Below are positions 50,452 through 60,057 of a DNA stretch of 64,000 bases, one piece after another. The DNA comes from Bdellovibrionales bacterium (GTDB lineage: Bacteria > Bdellovibrionota > Bdellovibrionia > Bdellovibrionales > UBA1609). The notes beneath the pieces were generated by a model. It was not told where the DNA came from. It did not search any database and saw only the letters and a program-made list of their open reading frames with translations. Location: the NCBI GenBank assembly GCA_027317865.1, contig DAHVQG010000001.1, positions 295,925-359,924 on the forward strand. Direction: 5' to 3'. Position 1 is the first letter of the stretch. Every line of letters starts with the position of its first letter. Position numbers and translations under genes: made by a program.

Positions 50452-51213
50452 TTAAAACACGTATCCAATGCCCGCTTTCGCGCTAACGATTAGCAAATTG
50501 AAAGAATTTATCGTAGAAGTAACGGCGGATTGATTGCGAACCGAATACGAATATCTTTCACGCTCGGCGCCGGCTTCTCCTAATGCAAAAAACTTCGAAC
50601 TGAATTGATAGGTTAATTGAAATCTCAAAAGGCCGCCGTTCACAGGAGGTGATCCATATATATCCGAAGAATGCATTTGACCGTATAAGAACCCAAGACC
50701 GATCAGCGAAGTTAGCCGATCTGTCAAATCGAACGAGCCGGTCAACTGGAGTGCCAACTTGGTCAATTTGGCTGTTTCAAGTGCTGGTTGCCCAGCCGGA
50801 TCGACCCCCCCAAACGGCCGATTACCCCTGGTGTAAGTAAGTACAACAGCTTCGTGCCAATTGTTGAACCACTTAATATGAAACGAATGCCCGACTCCAA
50901 CTGCAGTTTCGAAGTCCGACCAGGGTACATAAACATGGGCCGGCGATAGTATATTGCCTTGAACAGAATTCAACGAAAGTACGGCGAAATAACTGGGGCT
51001 AAATTGAAATTGTCCGGATAAGTTCTCACCATAGAGGTTTGCAGCGGGTGGGTTTGGGCCATTTGAATTTATTAAAGAAATGTTTACGTTATCAATTTTC
51101 GGACCAAAAAATAGGACCGTCGGACTTTCGTTTGGGGAGCCGTAGGCGCAACTGCACAATAGTAGCCCAGATATCAAAGCGAAAACAAAGTAGTAAAACC
51201 TTTGCGCCGGCAT
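50452..51213 (-). CDS. Putative outer-membrane beta-barrel protein
   Basis: Signal peptide, amphipathic strands, C-terminal AGIGYVF. Confidence 0.7.
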   Translation of the reverse strand: MPAQRFYYFVFALISGLLLCSCAYGSPNESPTVLFFGPKIDNVNISLINSNGPNPPAANLYGENLSGQFQFSPSYFAVLSLNSVQGNILSPAHVYVPWSDFETAVGVGHSFHIKWFNNWHEAVVLTYTRGNRPFGGVDPAGQPALETAKLTKLALQLTGSFDLTDRLTSLIGLGFLYGQMHSSDIYGSPPVNGGLLRFQLTYQFSSKFFALGEAGAERERYSYSVRNQSAVTSTINSFNLLIVSAKAGIGYVF

Positions 51214-51283
51214 TTAACAACTTTGTCACAATTTTTTACTGAAGCAAGTTCATTCATTTATTCCGATTAAAAATCATGCGGCA

Positions 51284-51312
51284 GGCGGCTGTTTCATTTC
51301 GAAACAGCCGCC
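51284..51312 (-). terminator. Hairpin after the Hsp20 genes
   Basis: GGCGGCTGTTTC-ATTTC-GAAACAGCCGCC, a perfect 12-bp stem. Confidence 0.7.
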
Positions 51313-51338
51313 CGATTTGAAGGGGTGGGGCTGTGAGT

Positions 51339-51884
51339 TTATACAGCTTTCGTGTCTTTGATCTCTTTTGGGCCTTCTTTTTTTGATCCCAACAGTTTAC
51401 TAAAAAATCCATCGTGCCCGGTCTGAATCGGAACAGTACGCGCCTTAGCGCTCTCGGCTTTTGGCAAGGCCACGTTCAAAACTCCGTTTTCATAGTGGGC
51501 CTCGATCATATCCGCATTGATCGTCGAGGGGAGTGTAAAAGTGCGTTCAAATTTACCATAACTTCGTTCATGGTGAAGAGTCGCCTCGGCGTCATCGTTT
51601 TTCATTTCATAGCGTCGCTCGCCAGAAATAATGAGCTCGTTGTTTTTAACTTCGATTTTAATGTCTTCTTTTTTGACCCCGGGCGTATCGAAGCTCACCA
51701 AGTAGTGGTCTTTTGTTTCTCGTATGTCACAACTGGGCTGAAAATTGACCGTAGTTGCAACCGTAGGGCGCAAAATGCTGTCTACTACTCGGTCAAAGTC
51801 GTCAAACACATCTTCCATTACGCTGGGAGATAAGCTGCGACCAGACCACATCCATTCTGGTGACATAGAAGTTATCATTCTCAT
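51339..51884 (-). CDS. Small heat-shock protein (Hsp20)
   Basis: PGVKKEDIKI, ERSYGKFERTFTLP, YENGVLNVALPK; AGGAGG RBS. Confidence 0.95.
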   Translation of the reverse strand: MRMITSMSPEWMWSGRSLSPSVMEDVFDDFDRVVDSILRPTVATTVNFQPSCDIRETKDHYLVSFDTPGVKKEDIKIEVKNNELIISGERRYEMKNDDAEATLHHERSYGKFERTFTLPSTINADMIEAHYENGVLNVALPKAESAKARTVPIQTGHDGFFSKLLGSKKEGPKEIKDTKAV

Positions 51885-51962
51885 GGTTACCTCCTTTATT
51901 TAAGTTTGCTGATTTCTCAACATACATCTTTCAATTAAAAACTGTGTTTGGTTGAAGAAATG

Positions 51963-52568
51963 TCAAGCCCTCAACTTCGGGAATCTAAGCACAATTTTAT
52001 TTTTGCCGCGAAGTACTTTCATTTTATTGGCATAAACATCAGCGGGTAGAGGGAATGTTCTGCTGAACATTGACTTAAAAAAACTTTCGCTGGCCACTTT
52101 ATTGTTGTCACGTGAACGGGTCGAGGTTGTCTTCTTTTCTCGCGTGCCCGTAATGGTTATGTATCCGTCTTTAATTTTAGTGTTAATGGCCATAGATTTT
52201 GCGTTGCCGACTTTAATGTCGTAGTAGACATAACGGCGGTCTTCTCTTTTAGAAACTTCATTAATGCCCGCAGTATCAATCTTGTTTGAAAAAATGGGAT
52301 CAAAAGGCACGGTCACCGTGGGCATGCTGTCTTCAAACTCTTTCATGCTTTTGTCCATTTGTTGCTGCATCTTTTCTAAATCAGCGAAGGGTTGATTTTG
52401 GGCAAAAAAATTATCACTAAAAATGGGGGCAACACTCTGTTTTTTGGGGCTTGTGTTTTCGGCCTTCGATCTAAAGCTTGGGCTGACTTTAGTGGCTGCC
52501 AATACGGCGGTCCCGCCTATAATCGCGCTTACAGCGGGAATAACTATGTTTTTTAAATAGGTTTTCAT
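51963..52568 (-). CDS. Hsp20/alpha-crystallin-like protein with N-terminal hydrophobic anchor
   Basis: GYITITG, FSRTFPLP, IVLRFPK; N-terminal TM or signal segment. Confidence 0.75.
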   Translation of the reverse strand: MKTYLKNIVIPAVSAIIGGTAVLAATKVSPSFRSKAENTSPKKQSVAPIFSDNFFAQNQPFADLEKMQQQMDKSMKEFEDSMPTVTVPFDPIFSNKIDTAGINEVSKREDRRYVYYDIKVGNAKSMAINTKIKDGYITITGTREKKTTSTRSRDNNKVASESFFKSMFSRTFPLPADVYANKMKVLRGKNKIVLRFPKLRA

Positions 52569-52985
52569 AATTTCTCCTCCTGTAAATAGACGTTTGCTCC
52601 TCGTGAAAAAAATGTGTTTAGCGTTTTTGGTGTCAAGCTTAAATTTTTGACTGATTTAAAAACATAAATGATATTAATATGTTATGAGATTTCGACCGTA
52701 AATAATTAGTCCGGCTAATAGAGCCATTGCGAATAGAATATCAACAAAAGCTTCAACCGCGTGGGGCAAATGCTGAACAAAACCAACCCGGTAATCAAAT
52801 GCGATCTGTTTATCAATATTAGGATTAGGGACTAGGGATTAGAACGCAGGTCACGTTTAGGACATATACCTGACAAAAAACGAATTTGTCGATTGAACAA
52901 ATTCTACCCTTATATTTGAAATTCAGTTACGTATTAATTGGCGAAAGTCCAAATTACAATCACAAACCAAAGTGCGCAAACAGTT

Positions 52986-54608
52986 ATGATTCAATTTGCA
53001 AAGGTCACAAAAAGTTACGGCGGTAAGACGCTATATCGCGACGGCTCGTTTCAGCTCAACCCAGGTGAAAAAGTGGGATTGGTCGGGCCCAACGGCGCCG
53101 GCAAAACCACGGTGTTTCGTATTCTCGTCGGTGAGACGGGGATGGACTCTGGTAACGTGGTTAAGCCAGACGGCGTCGTTGTCGGTTATTTTTCGCAAAA
53201 CATCGAAGACATGAAAGGGAGGAGCGTACTCGAAGAAGTGAAGTCCGCGGCAGGGCACCTCCCTAAATTGCAGGCGCAGTTGTTGGAACTCGAGCGACGT
53301 CTCGGTGAACCTATGGATGACGATGAAATGGCGAAGGTTCTTGAAATTTACGGCGAACGGCAAGCTGAGTTTGAGCGATTAGGTGGGTATGATCTCGATT
53401 CGCGCGCGGCCGAAATTGTAAGCGGACTTGGGTTTACTATTGAGGACCATAATCGCGACACTTCGACGTTTAGCGGCGGGTGGAAGATGCGCATCGCGCT
53501 TGCCAAAATTTTAATTCTTAACCCTGACGTCTTGTTGATGGATGAGCCGACAAACCATTTGGATCTCGAATCGATCATCTGGCTTGAGGGTTGGTTACGA
53601 CAATTTAAAGGCGCGCTTTTGATGACGAGCCACGATCGAGATTTTATGAATCGCCTAGTGACAAGAATTATCGAAGTAGCGAATCAATCGATTACAATTT
53701 ATAGCGGCAACTACGATTTTTATGAGCGCGAAAAAGAAATTCGTCGCGAGCAGTTGATTGCAGCGGCAAGACGCCAAGACGAAATGCTCGCAAAAGAAGA
53801 AGAGTTCATCGCACGATTTGCGGCAAGAGCTTCGCATGCGGCGCAAGTTCAATCGCGAGTGAAGAAGCTTGAAAAAATCGATCGTATCGAAGTGCCGACT
53901 GAAGAAAAGGCGATACAATTTGTTTGGCCGATACCACCGCGTGGCGGCGACGAAGTGGTAAAATTTGAGAAATTGGGCAAGGTGTGGCCGCGTGAGGGCG
54001 GTGGCGAAGTTCCAGTTTTTCACGGAGCCAGTGCTCTTGTAAAACGACTCGATCGTGTCGCAGTCGTGGGGGTAAACGGTGCGGGCAAATCGACATTGCT
54101 CAAAATCATATCCGGTCAAACCGAACCGACGTCAGGTCGAATCACAGTCGGTGCGGGTATTGAGATCGGGTATTTTAGCCAGAACTCGCTTGATGTTTTG
54201 AATCCGAATTTGACCGTGGTCGATGAAGTGCACGGACGAATCCCCAATGCAAATTTAGGGTACGTGCGAAATCTACTTGGAGCATTCAAGTTTTCAGGTG
54301 ACGAAGTGGAAAAGAAAGTGTCGGTACTTTCGGGTGGGGAAAAAAGTCGCTTGGTTCTTGCGACTATTCTTGCGCGGCCGGTGAATTTGCTTATTCTCGA
54401 CGAACCGACCAACCACCTCGACGTGCAGTCGCGGGATGTTTTGCTCGATGCCGTTTGCCAATTCCCCGGAACTGTAATGATCGTGAGTCACGATCGCCAT
54501 TTCTTGCGTAAGATGAGCACCCGGGTGTTCCGATTAGATCGTCACGAGCTCACGGTTTACGACGGGACATGGGATTACTATTTAGGAAAAACCGGACAGG
54601 CGATATGA
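52986..54608 (+). CDS. ABC-F family ATPase
   Basis: Two NBDs (GPNGAGKT / FSGGW / DEPTNHLD and GVNGAGKS / LSGGE) with no TM domain. Confidence 0.95.
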   Translation: MIQFAKVTKSYGGKTLYRDGSFQLNPGEKVGLVGPNGAGKTTVFRILVGETGMDSGNVVKPDGVVVGYFSQNIEDMKGRSVLEEVKSAAGHLPKLQAQLLELERRLGEPMDDDEMAKVLEIYGERQAEFERLGGYDLDSRAAEIVSGLGFTIEDHNRDTSTFSGGWKMRIALAKILILNPDVLLMDEPTNHLDLESIIWLEGWLRQFKGALLMTSHDRDFMNRLVTRIIEVANQSITIYSGNYDFYEREKEIRREQLIAAARRQDEMLAKEEEFIARFAARASHAAQVQSRVKKLEKIDRIEVPTEEKAIQFVWPIPPRGGDEVVKFEKLGKVWPREGGGEVPVFHGASALVKRLDRVAVVGVNGAGKSTLLKIISGQTEPTSGRITVGAGIEIGYFSQNSLDVLNPNLTVVDEVHGRIPNANLGYVRNLLGAFKFSGDEVEKKVSVLSGGEKSRLVLATILARPVNLLILDEPTNHLDVQSRDVLLDAVCQFPGTVMIVSHDRHFLRKMSTRVFRLDRHELTVYDGTWDYYLGKTGQAI

Positions 54609-54625
54609 GCCGGTGCAATGGCCTT

Positions 54626-55219
54626 CTAATGAAACTTTTCGCCCTTCGCCATCATTTGCAAAATCGTTCTCATACGCTTTTCGCGTGTCTCAGGCGTCTT
54701 TGCCGTCTGAAGTCGATAAGCTATCGAATAGAGATTTGTTTTGTTTAGCGAATTAAAAAATGCCTCGGCTTTTTTGTTCCGTTTAAGGGCCTTAAGAAAG
54801 TCTTTGGGGATGCTCGCAGTGCTTTGAGAGTCATAGGCCGCCTTCCATCGTCCGTCTTTTTTGGCGGCTTCGATCTGCGCGAGTCCCGCTTTCTTCATTT
54901 TTCCAGCTCGCATGAGTCGCTCCGCGTGCTCCGTATTCCTTTTCGACCAGCCACTTCGGCGGCGTCGGGGGGTAAACCTTTGCAACCATGAGTTCTCGTT
55001 ATAACTGCGCTTCTGTCCGTCGATCCAACCGTGGCAAAGTGCAACGTCGAGGGCTTCAGCGTAAGTTAGCGATTTTTTAGCGGAAACCTTTTTTTGTAAT
55101 AGCAACCACGCTCCACTCGATCGCGCATGGTTCAAGCGCAGCCATGCTTGCCACGCTTCTACTGACTGAGCGCAGAGGACATCTTTTTCGCTCAATTTTT
55201 TTTTGATTCGAACACCCAT
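54626..55219 (-). CDS. YdeI/OmpD-associated family protein
   Basis: ALCHGWIDG, FTPRR..SGWS, AKKDGRW, AKTPETREKR. Confidence 0.92.
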   Translation of the reverse strand: MGVRIKKKLSEKDVLCAQSVEAWQAWLRLNHARSSGAWLLLQKKVSAKKSLTYAEALDVALCHGWIDGQKRSYNENSWLQRFTPRRRRSGWSKRNTEHAERLMRAGKMKKAGLAQIEAAKKDGRWKAAYDSQSTASIPKDFLKALKRNKKAEAFFNSLNKTNLYSIAYRLQTAKTPETREKRMRTILQMMAKGEKFH

Positions 55220-55322
55220 TAGGTTAACATCCTAATTGATTGTTATACTTGTGTAAATGAGTTGAGTACCTGCCGTGAAGGGGTTGGGCGGCAAATAATT
55301 TTGAGGTGAAAGAGCAAGTACG

Positions 55323-55796
55323 GTGATGAAATTAAGACCTAACGAAAAAAGATATTGGGAAGCTTATGTAAAAACATTAAGTCGAGACGCAAGACCCAAA
55401 AGCCCAAATGTGGTGGCTGAGTTTGCCGGCAGCAGAGAAATTACGGATGATCTCATAGCCCTCTATTTATCCGGTAAAAAAACTGCAGGCAGTAGTATTG
55501 AAGAAGATTTCATTTCAGCCGGCGATGATCCTCCTAAAATTGGGAATTTCTGGATTGTGCTTAACAGTACAGAGACTCCAAGCTGTATCTTAAAAACAGA
55601 AAAAATTGTCAGACATAAATTTAGGGATGTCCCTGTTGGGATCGCTATGGCTGAGGGTGAAGGCGATTTAACGCTTGAATATTGGCGACGCGTTCACAAA
55701 GAATTTTATTCGCCATATCTAAAGAAGTGGGGCCTCGAATCTATTGAAGACGCGACCGTCATCACCGAGTTTTTCACTTTAGTTTATGCCGAGTAA
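55323..55796 (+). CDS. ASCH-domain protein
   Basis: GKKTAGS, AEGEGDLTLEYWRRVH. Confidence 0.9.
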   Translation: MMKLRPNEKRYWEAYVKTLSRDARPKSPNVVAEFAGSREITDDLIALYLSGKKTAGSSIEEDFISAGDDPPKIGNFWIVLNSTETPSCILKTEKIVRHKFRDVPVGIAMAEGEGDLTLEYWRRVHKEFYSPYLKKWGLESIEDATVITEFFTLVYAE

Positions 55797-55949
55797 TTAA
55801 CGTCGCCTAAGTCGATTCTGTCCGATTTTCATGGTTATGAGTTTCTACCGTTCGACTGCCGGAAGTATTGCTGTTCGTCCTTGCTCCTTTCGTTTCGTTC
55901 GAAGGTTTGGTTTTTGCAAAAACCTTCTCACCTCACAAAAGGAGCAAAA

Positions 55950-56276
55950 ATGAAAAAGTTTCGAACATTAGAGCTGGCAATTGAGTTCTACCAAAAGGCT
56001 GACGATCTTAGCCTCACAGGCAATTTAAGAGATCAACCGTTGCGGGCCAGTTCATCGATTTCGCTCAATTTATCTGAAGGTAACGCCAAGCGAACTGAAA
56101 AAGAAAAGAAGCGCTACTATCACACGGCGTACGCTTCGTGCCAGGAGTGTAAGACCATTCTGCGACTTGCAAAGGTTAGTGAAGGCGAAATTTTAAATGT
56201 GGCGGATAATCTCGGCGCGCGGTTGTATAAGCTGCTGCAGTCGAATATTCAAAAATCGAAGTTGGGCGATACTTGA
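55950..56276 (+). CDS. Four-helix bundle (23S rRNA IVP-like) protein
   Basis: LRDQ..RASSSISLNLSEG, AYASCQEC; AAGGAG RBS. Confidence 0.85.
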   Translation: MKKFRTLELAIEFYQKADDLSLTGNLRDQPLRASSSISLNLSEGNAKRTEKEKKRYYHTAYASCQECKTILRLAKVSEGEILNVADNLGARLYKLLQSNIQKSKLGDT

Positions 56277-56358
56277 TATCGGGTATACCGGTCGCCAGGT
56301 ATACTTGATATCCGGTAAGTAAAAACCTGGCGTCCCATCGGGACCGATATCCGAACTC

Positions 56359-56829
56359 TTGTATCCTATTGATTTTTGGCCATATTATTTTAAAAGCCGG
56401 TCTCGAATTTCGCCAAATGACACCAAAATCATCGTTGAAATGTACCAAAAAGGTTGTTCGCTTACCGACGTTGCAAAGCTTGTTCATCGCTCAAAAGACA
56501 AAGTTCGGCGTGAGCTTTTGCGAAATGGGATCACGCCGCGCAGTCGACTCGCTCAAGCAACACACGTTCGTTCGCTCGAATCGGGTAAACAGTTTGCTCG
56601 CCCGTGTTACGGTTTCTGCTACTTCGAAGGCAAGGTCGTAAAAGATCCAAAAGAGTATCCGACTTTAAAGTTCATTCATCATCACTGGGTGAATGGCAAA
56701 ACGATCCATGGGATTTGTTGTGAACTCAATCGAGCCAAAATTGAGTCGCGCTTGGGCACCAAGTGGAGTTGGGCAGCAGTCAAAAAAATAGTGGATCGAT
56801 TTAAAAATAAAACAGTCGCTTTACCGTAA
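56359..56829 (+). CDS. HTH plus serine-recombinase 'Recombinase' DNA-binding domain protein (no catalytic domain)
   Basis: YGFCYFEGKVVKDPKE...ICCELN...RLGTKWSWAAVKKI. Start is uncertain. Confidence 0.6.
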   Translation: MYPIDFWPYYFKSRSRISPNDTKIIVEMYQKGCSLTDVAKLVHRSKDKVRRELLRNGITPRSRLAQATHVRSLESGKQFARPCYGFCYFEGKVVKDPKEYPTLKFIHHHWVNGKTIHGICCELNRAKIESRLGTKWSWAAVKKIVDRFKNKTVALP

Positions 56830-56841
56830 AGGAGAAAACAA

Positions 56842-57010
56842 ATGTATTTAGACAAAATAATCGAATGGATTATTGGCATCGTGCTGATCTTTGCGGTGAC
56901 GGGGCACTTGGGTGCTGCAACGGTGGATTTGGATCGAACAAGCCAAAGTCATCCATGCATCACGCACGTCAACATGGGGCGATCCGGATTTCATAAGGTT
57001 GCGCAAGTGA
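56842..57010 (+). pseudogene. Small membrane protein, probably frameshifted
   Basis: AAGGAG RBS and a TM segment MYLDKIIEWIIGIVLIFAVTGHLG; a more protein-like continuation LQRWIWIEQAKVIHASRTSTWG..* lies in another frame. Confidence 0.4.
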
Positions 57011-57254
57011 TCCGTAAGTCATTAGCTCGCAAATTTTGTCGAACAACTTCTGTCACTCCGACGGCAAGATCGCAAAGGATCCAAATGAGTATCCGACTTT
57101 AAAGCTCACCCATAATATGTTGTAAATAGGCCGTGTTTAAAGTTTAGACATTTTTTGTGCAAATGTTGTATTTATTTTTGGTTGAGCAATTATATACTGG
57201 AGTTTGCACAGAACTTATTATAAACAGGTGGCAACTCAATGCTTGGAGGACAAA

Positions 57255-57566
57255 ATGAAAAATGCGATGTTTGCGGCGTTACCGTTTTTACTACTTGGCG
57301 CTCTAGGCGCGTCTGCTCAGCAGGTTCGCCCGTCAGATGAGGCTACCAGTGTAAATCGTCAAAACGAAACCCGATTTGTCAGTTTATCAAAGCTAATGGC
57401 GATGAAAGTACTTGTTTGGGATCAACAAAATTCTCAGTGGTATCTTGATACGAGTGCTTTGAGAGAAAAAAACATCAAGCAGCAAAAAACCATTTTTGAC
57501 AACAGTGAAGTATTCGATGAGTTTTCGGGCAATAAAGGTACCAAGGGCACAGGCGGCAACTGGTAA
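57255..57566 (+). CDS. Signal-peptide-bearing 103-aa protein, candidate RiPP precursor
   Basis: GGAGG RBS, Sec signal ending ASA, C-terminal tail FSGNKGTKGTGGNW; 3 nt upstream of YcaO. Confidence 0.7.
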   Translation: MKNAMFAALPFLLLGALGASAQQVRPSDEATSVNRQNETRFVSLSKLMAMKVLVWDQQNSQWYLDTSALREKNIKQQKTIFDNSEVFDEFSGNKGTKGTGGNW

Positions 57567-57569
57567 ACC

Positions 57570-58523
57570 TTGGGCGAGCACTCGCTTCTTCGCTTTTTAA
57601 ATAAGGACTGCGGCCCAATCGTCCGGCTGCGAACGTATGGATACCCAGAGGACGTTTCGCCATATTTTTGGTATTCGCTTGCGGATCTATCCGACGAAAT
57701 AACTGGCGGATATCGATCAGGCGACGTTCTGAGCTTTTGTGGAGCGGGTTGGGCAGCTAGCCGGTTATTGTCGCAAGAAAAGGCCATCGTAGAGGCGATT
57801 GAACGATGGGCATTCAGGTATTACTCTGTACACGATTCGGGCAGCGCTTGTCTGGATTTGGACTCTACCTCGAATGGATTTGCCGCTTTGCCCGCGAGTT
57901 TCGGTCCGCTTAAAGTCCATATAAGTTCCGTTTGCGAGGCTATTGAGCGTTATGTGTTAAATCAAATTTGGATGGGTAAGGACGTCTATCTTGAAGATTG
58001 TACAACTTATTTAAGCCCTAATGTACTGCGGTTGTTCGGCCAAAGCGACGGGTCACTAAGGCTATTTAAAGCAGTTTTGTCACTAAATGACAGTGGCAAG
58101 ATAAGTCAAATCACGGGAGCCACAGATCTGAAATTTGTTATTGCGCTATTCGATCGTTCAACCGGAGGTGTCCTTCCGGGCTCGGCCTGTGGAGAGGATA
58201 TCAGTTCTGTCGCCGAGCGCGCCGGACTGGAGGCCTTTAACCATCTTGTAGCGATCAAAAATATCGAGAATGGTTATGCTCAGCCGAGCGAAACAATAAC
58301 TGACCGTCGGCTCGTGTATTTTGGGACAAGCAAATCAGCAGCAAACATGGTTTGGTCCGTAATAAATTCTTGTGCTGCAGGCTCTAGACAAATTGTTGAA
58401 CCTGATTTGATATTTATGGATAATCTTCCTGGGCCGTGGGAACCAGAGGTACATGTAGCTAGGGCTGTGGTTGATCAGTCCCCGCCTATTACGGAGGGCG
58501 ATGAGACGCGCTTTTTGATTTGA
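57570..58523 (+). CDS. Compact YcaO-like protein
   Basis: KAIVEAIERW, STSNGFAA and VCEAIERY match the YcaO ATP/Mg-binding motifs. Confidence 0.8.
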   Translation: MGEHSLLRFLNKDCGPIVRLRTYGYPEDVSPYFWYSLADLSDEITGGYRSGDVLSFCGAGWAASRLLSQEKAIVEAIERWAFRYYSVHDSGSACLDLDSTSNGFAALPASFGPLKVHISSVCEAIERYVLNQIWMGKDVYLEDCTTYLSPNVLRLFGQSDGSLRLFKAVLSLNDSGKISQITGATDLKFVIALFDRSTGGVLPGSACGEDISSVAERAGLEAFNHLVAIKNIENGYAQPSETITDRRLVYFGTSKSAANMVWSVINSCAAGSRQIVEPDLIFMDNLPGPWEPEVHVARAVVDQSPPITEGDETRFLI

Positions 58524-58524
58524 G

Positions 58525-60057
58525 ATGAAGCGACTGCTTGTCATTTTACTTCTACTATTCTCCCAAGGGGCATTAGCCGTGAAACCTAAATTTTTTAAGT
58601 ACTGGTTTTGGTGGCCAATCGACACCTACGATAATTATCAATCCGACACTCCACCGGTTATGCAGCTAGATCGGAACATCTACGCCACTCTGGTGTCTGA
58701 ATATATTGACGGCAAGGTGGAGGGCATCTTGGCAAAGAAGTGGGTCATCAGCACCGACGGTCGCACGTGGACATTTTATCTGCGTACAGACTTGAAATTT
58801 GATGATGGTACGCCAATTACCCCTGCAATCGTTTTGTTAAACTTCAAAAGAATTCTTTGGTTAACTAGAAAAAGCGGCTTAGTGCTCAATTCATTATTGC
58901 CCGAGGTTTCTAGCTGGAAAAACATGAATTCGAAAAGCAATGTTATTTTTCTGAAAAACGATTCGCAACTTGTGTTTAAATTCTCTCGCCGACCAATTGG
59001 CCTATTCTCGCAACTTGGACAACCAATTTACAGCGTAGTTAGTCCGAAATGTTTTAGCAGAAATGGCCGTTGGCGTACTCCGTATTGTGCCATTGCTTCA
59101 GGGCAGTACTCGGTAATTGGGCGAGGTAAAAATTTTATAGATTTAAAATCCCGCGGGATCTTTAAGACGGTTAAGAACTCGCCGAAATTTGTTCGTATCG
59201 AGTGGCCGGTTAGAAGTGGGGACTCTGTGGTGAAGGCTATCGGCGATGGAAGGGCTGATCTCACGGTCGAGCATAGCTTTGGATTAAGCAAAAAAACTTT
59301 GGTGACCTTGAGAAAAGAGTCTGTGCGAACAATTTATGAGCCACCTGTACGAATGCATTTTGTTGACCTGAATGCAAAACGTTTTCCCTTCAATAACAAG
59401 ACCCTTCGGCAAAAATTTCGTGATCTTTTTCTTTATAAGCTAAGCCATGATCGGGACTTTTTGTCGTCAGGAATAAAAGTGAATGACTCTTTTATTCCGA
59501 GAGGAGGGGTTGGTTATGAATATTTTCCGATTCCGCACATTAAAGTAAAGGAAAAAAGCAGAGTGATAGGGACTGCTGAAGTACTTTTGTATCCTCTATC
59601 AGCTGATCCCAAAATTCAGCACGCTATTGATAATTGTGTTATTGAAACGCTTCGCGAGCTTGGGATCGAACCTAAAATCCGAAGGTATACCGACCGGTTT
59701 GTTCCGTTTAATAAGATGCGTAGAGGCAAATTCGACGTGATGGTCCGAGGCACCGGTATTTTAGTCAACAACCCTTACGGCGATTTGAGGATGATGTTTA
59801 TGAGCAAAATCGGCGCTAATATCCCAGACCCTTCAGGTCAAATACCAGACTTGATAAGAAAGGCTGAAGTTGAGCAAAACGGCCGCAAGAGGGCGGGTCT
59901 TGTTAAAAAGATCAATCAAATAATGTTCAACGATGCAAGCATAATCACTTTTGCCCATTCGTCGCTAGTTTACCTTTATCGTGGCAAGGTTAATTTTAGA
60001 CATTATAATCTTTTTGAAGATCCCATCGAGTTTCGTGCTATCGGCTGGCAAAAGTGA
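58525..60057 (+). CDS. Family-5 (OppA/DppA-like) solute-binding protein, stand-alone
   Basis: Signal peptide, IYATLV..GILAKKWVISTDGRTWTFYLRTDLKFDDGTPIT, ASGQY, PFNNKTLRQ. Confidence 0.85.
   Translation: MKRLLVILLLLFSQGALAVKPKFFKYWFWWPIDTYDNYQSDTPPVMQLDRNIYATLVSEYIDGKVEGILAKKWVISTDGRTWTFYLRTDLKFDDGTPITPAIVLLNFKRILWLTRKSGLVLNSLLPEVSSWKNMNSKSNVIFLKNDSQLVFKFSRRPIGLFSQLGQPIYSVVSPKCFSRNGRWRTPYCAIASGQYSVIGRGKNFIDLKSRGIFKTVKNSPKFVRIEWPVRSGDSVVKAIGDGRADLTVEHSFGLSKKTLVTLRKESVRTIYEPPVRMHFVDLNAKRFPFNNKTLRQKFRDLFLYKLSHDRDFLSSGIKVNDSFIPRGGVGYEYFPIPHIKVKEKSRVIGTAEVLLYPLSADPKIQHAIDNCVIETLRELGIEPKIRRYTDRFVPFNKMRRGKFDVMVRGTGILVNNPYGDLRMMFMSKIGANIPDPSGQIPDLIRKAEVEQNGRKRAGLVKKINQIMFNDASIITFAHSSLVYLYRGKVNFRHYNLFEDPIEFRAIGWQK

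Noticed and set aside
52819-52842. Telomere-like TTAGG repeats
   Set aside because: A few imperfect copies in an intergenic region; no supportable function.
55950-56276. Avd of a diversity-generating retroelement
   Set aside because: No reverse transcriptase in the window, and the nearby 70-bp duplicate does not show adenine-specific differences.
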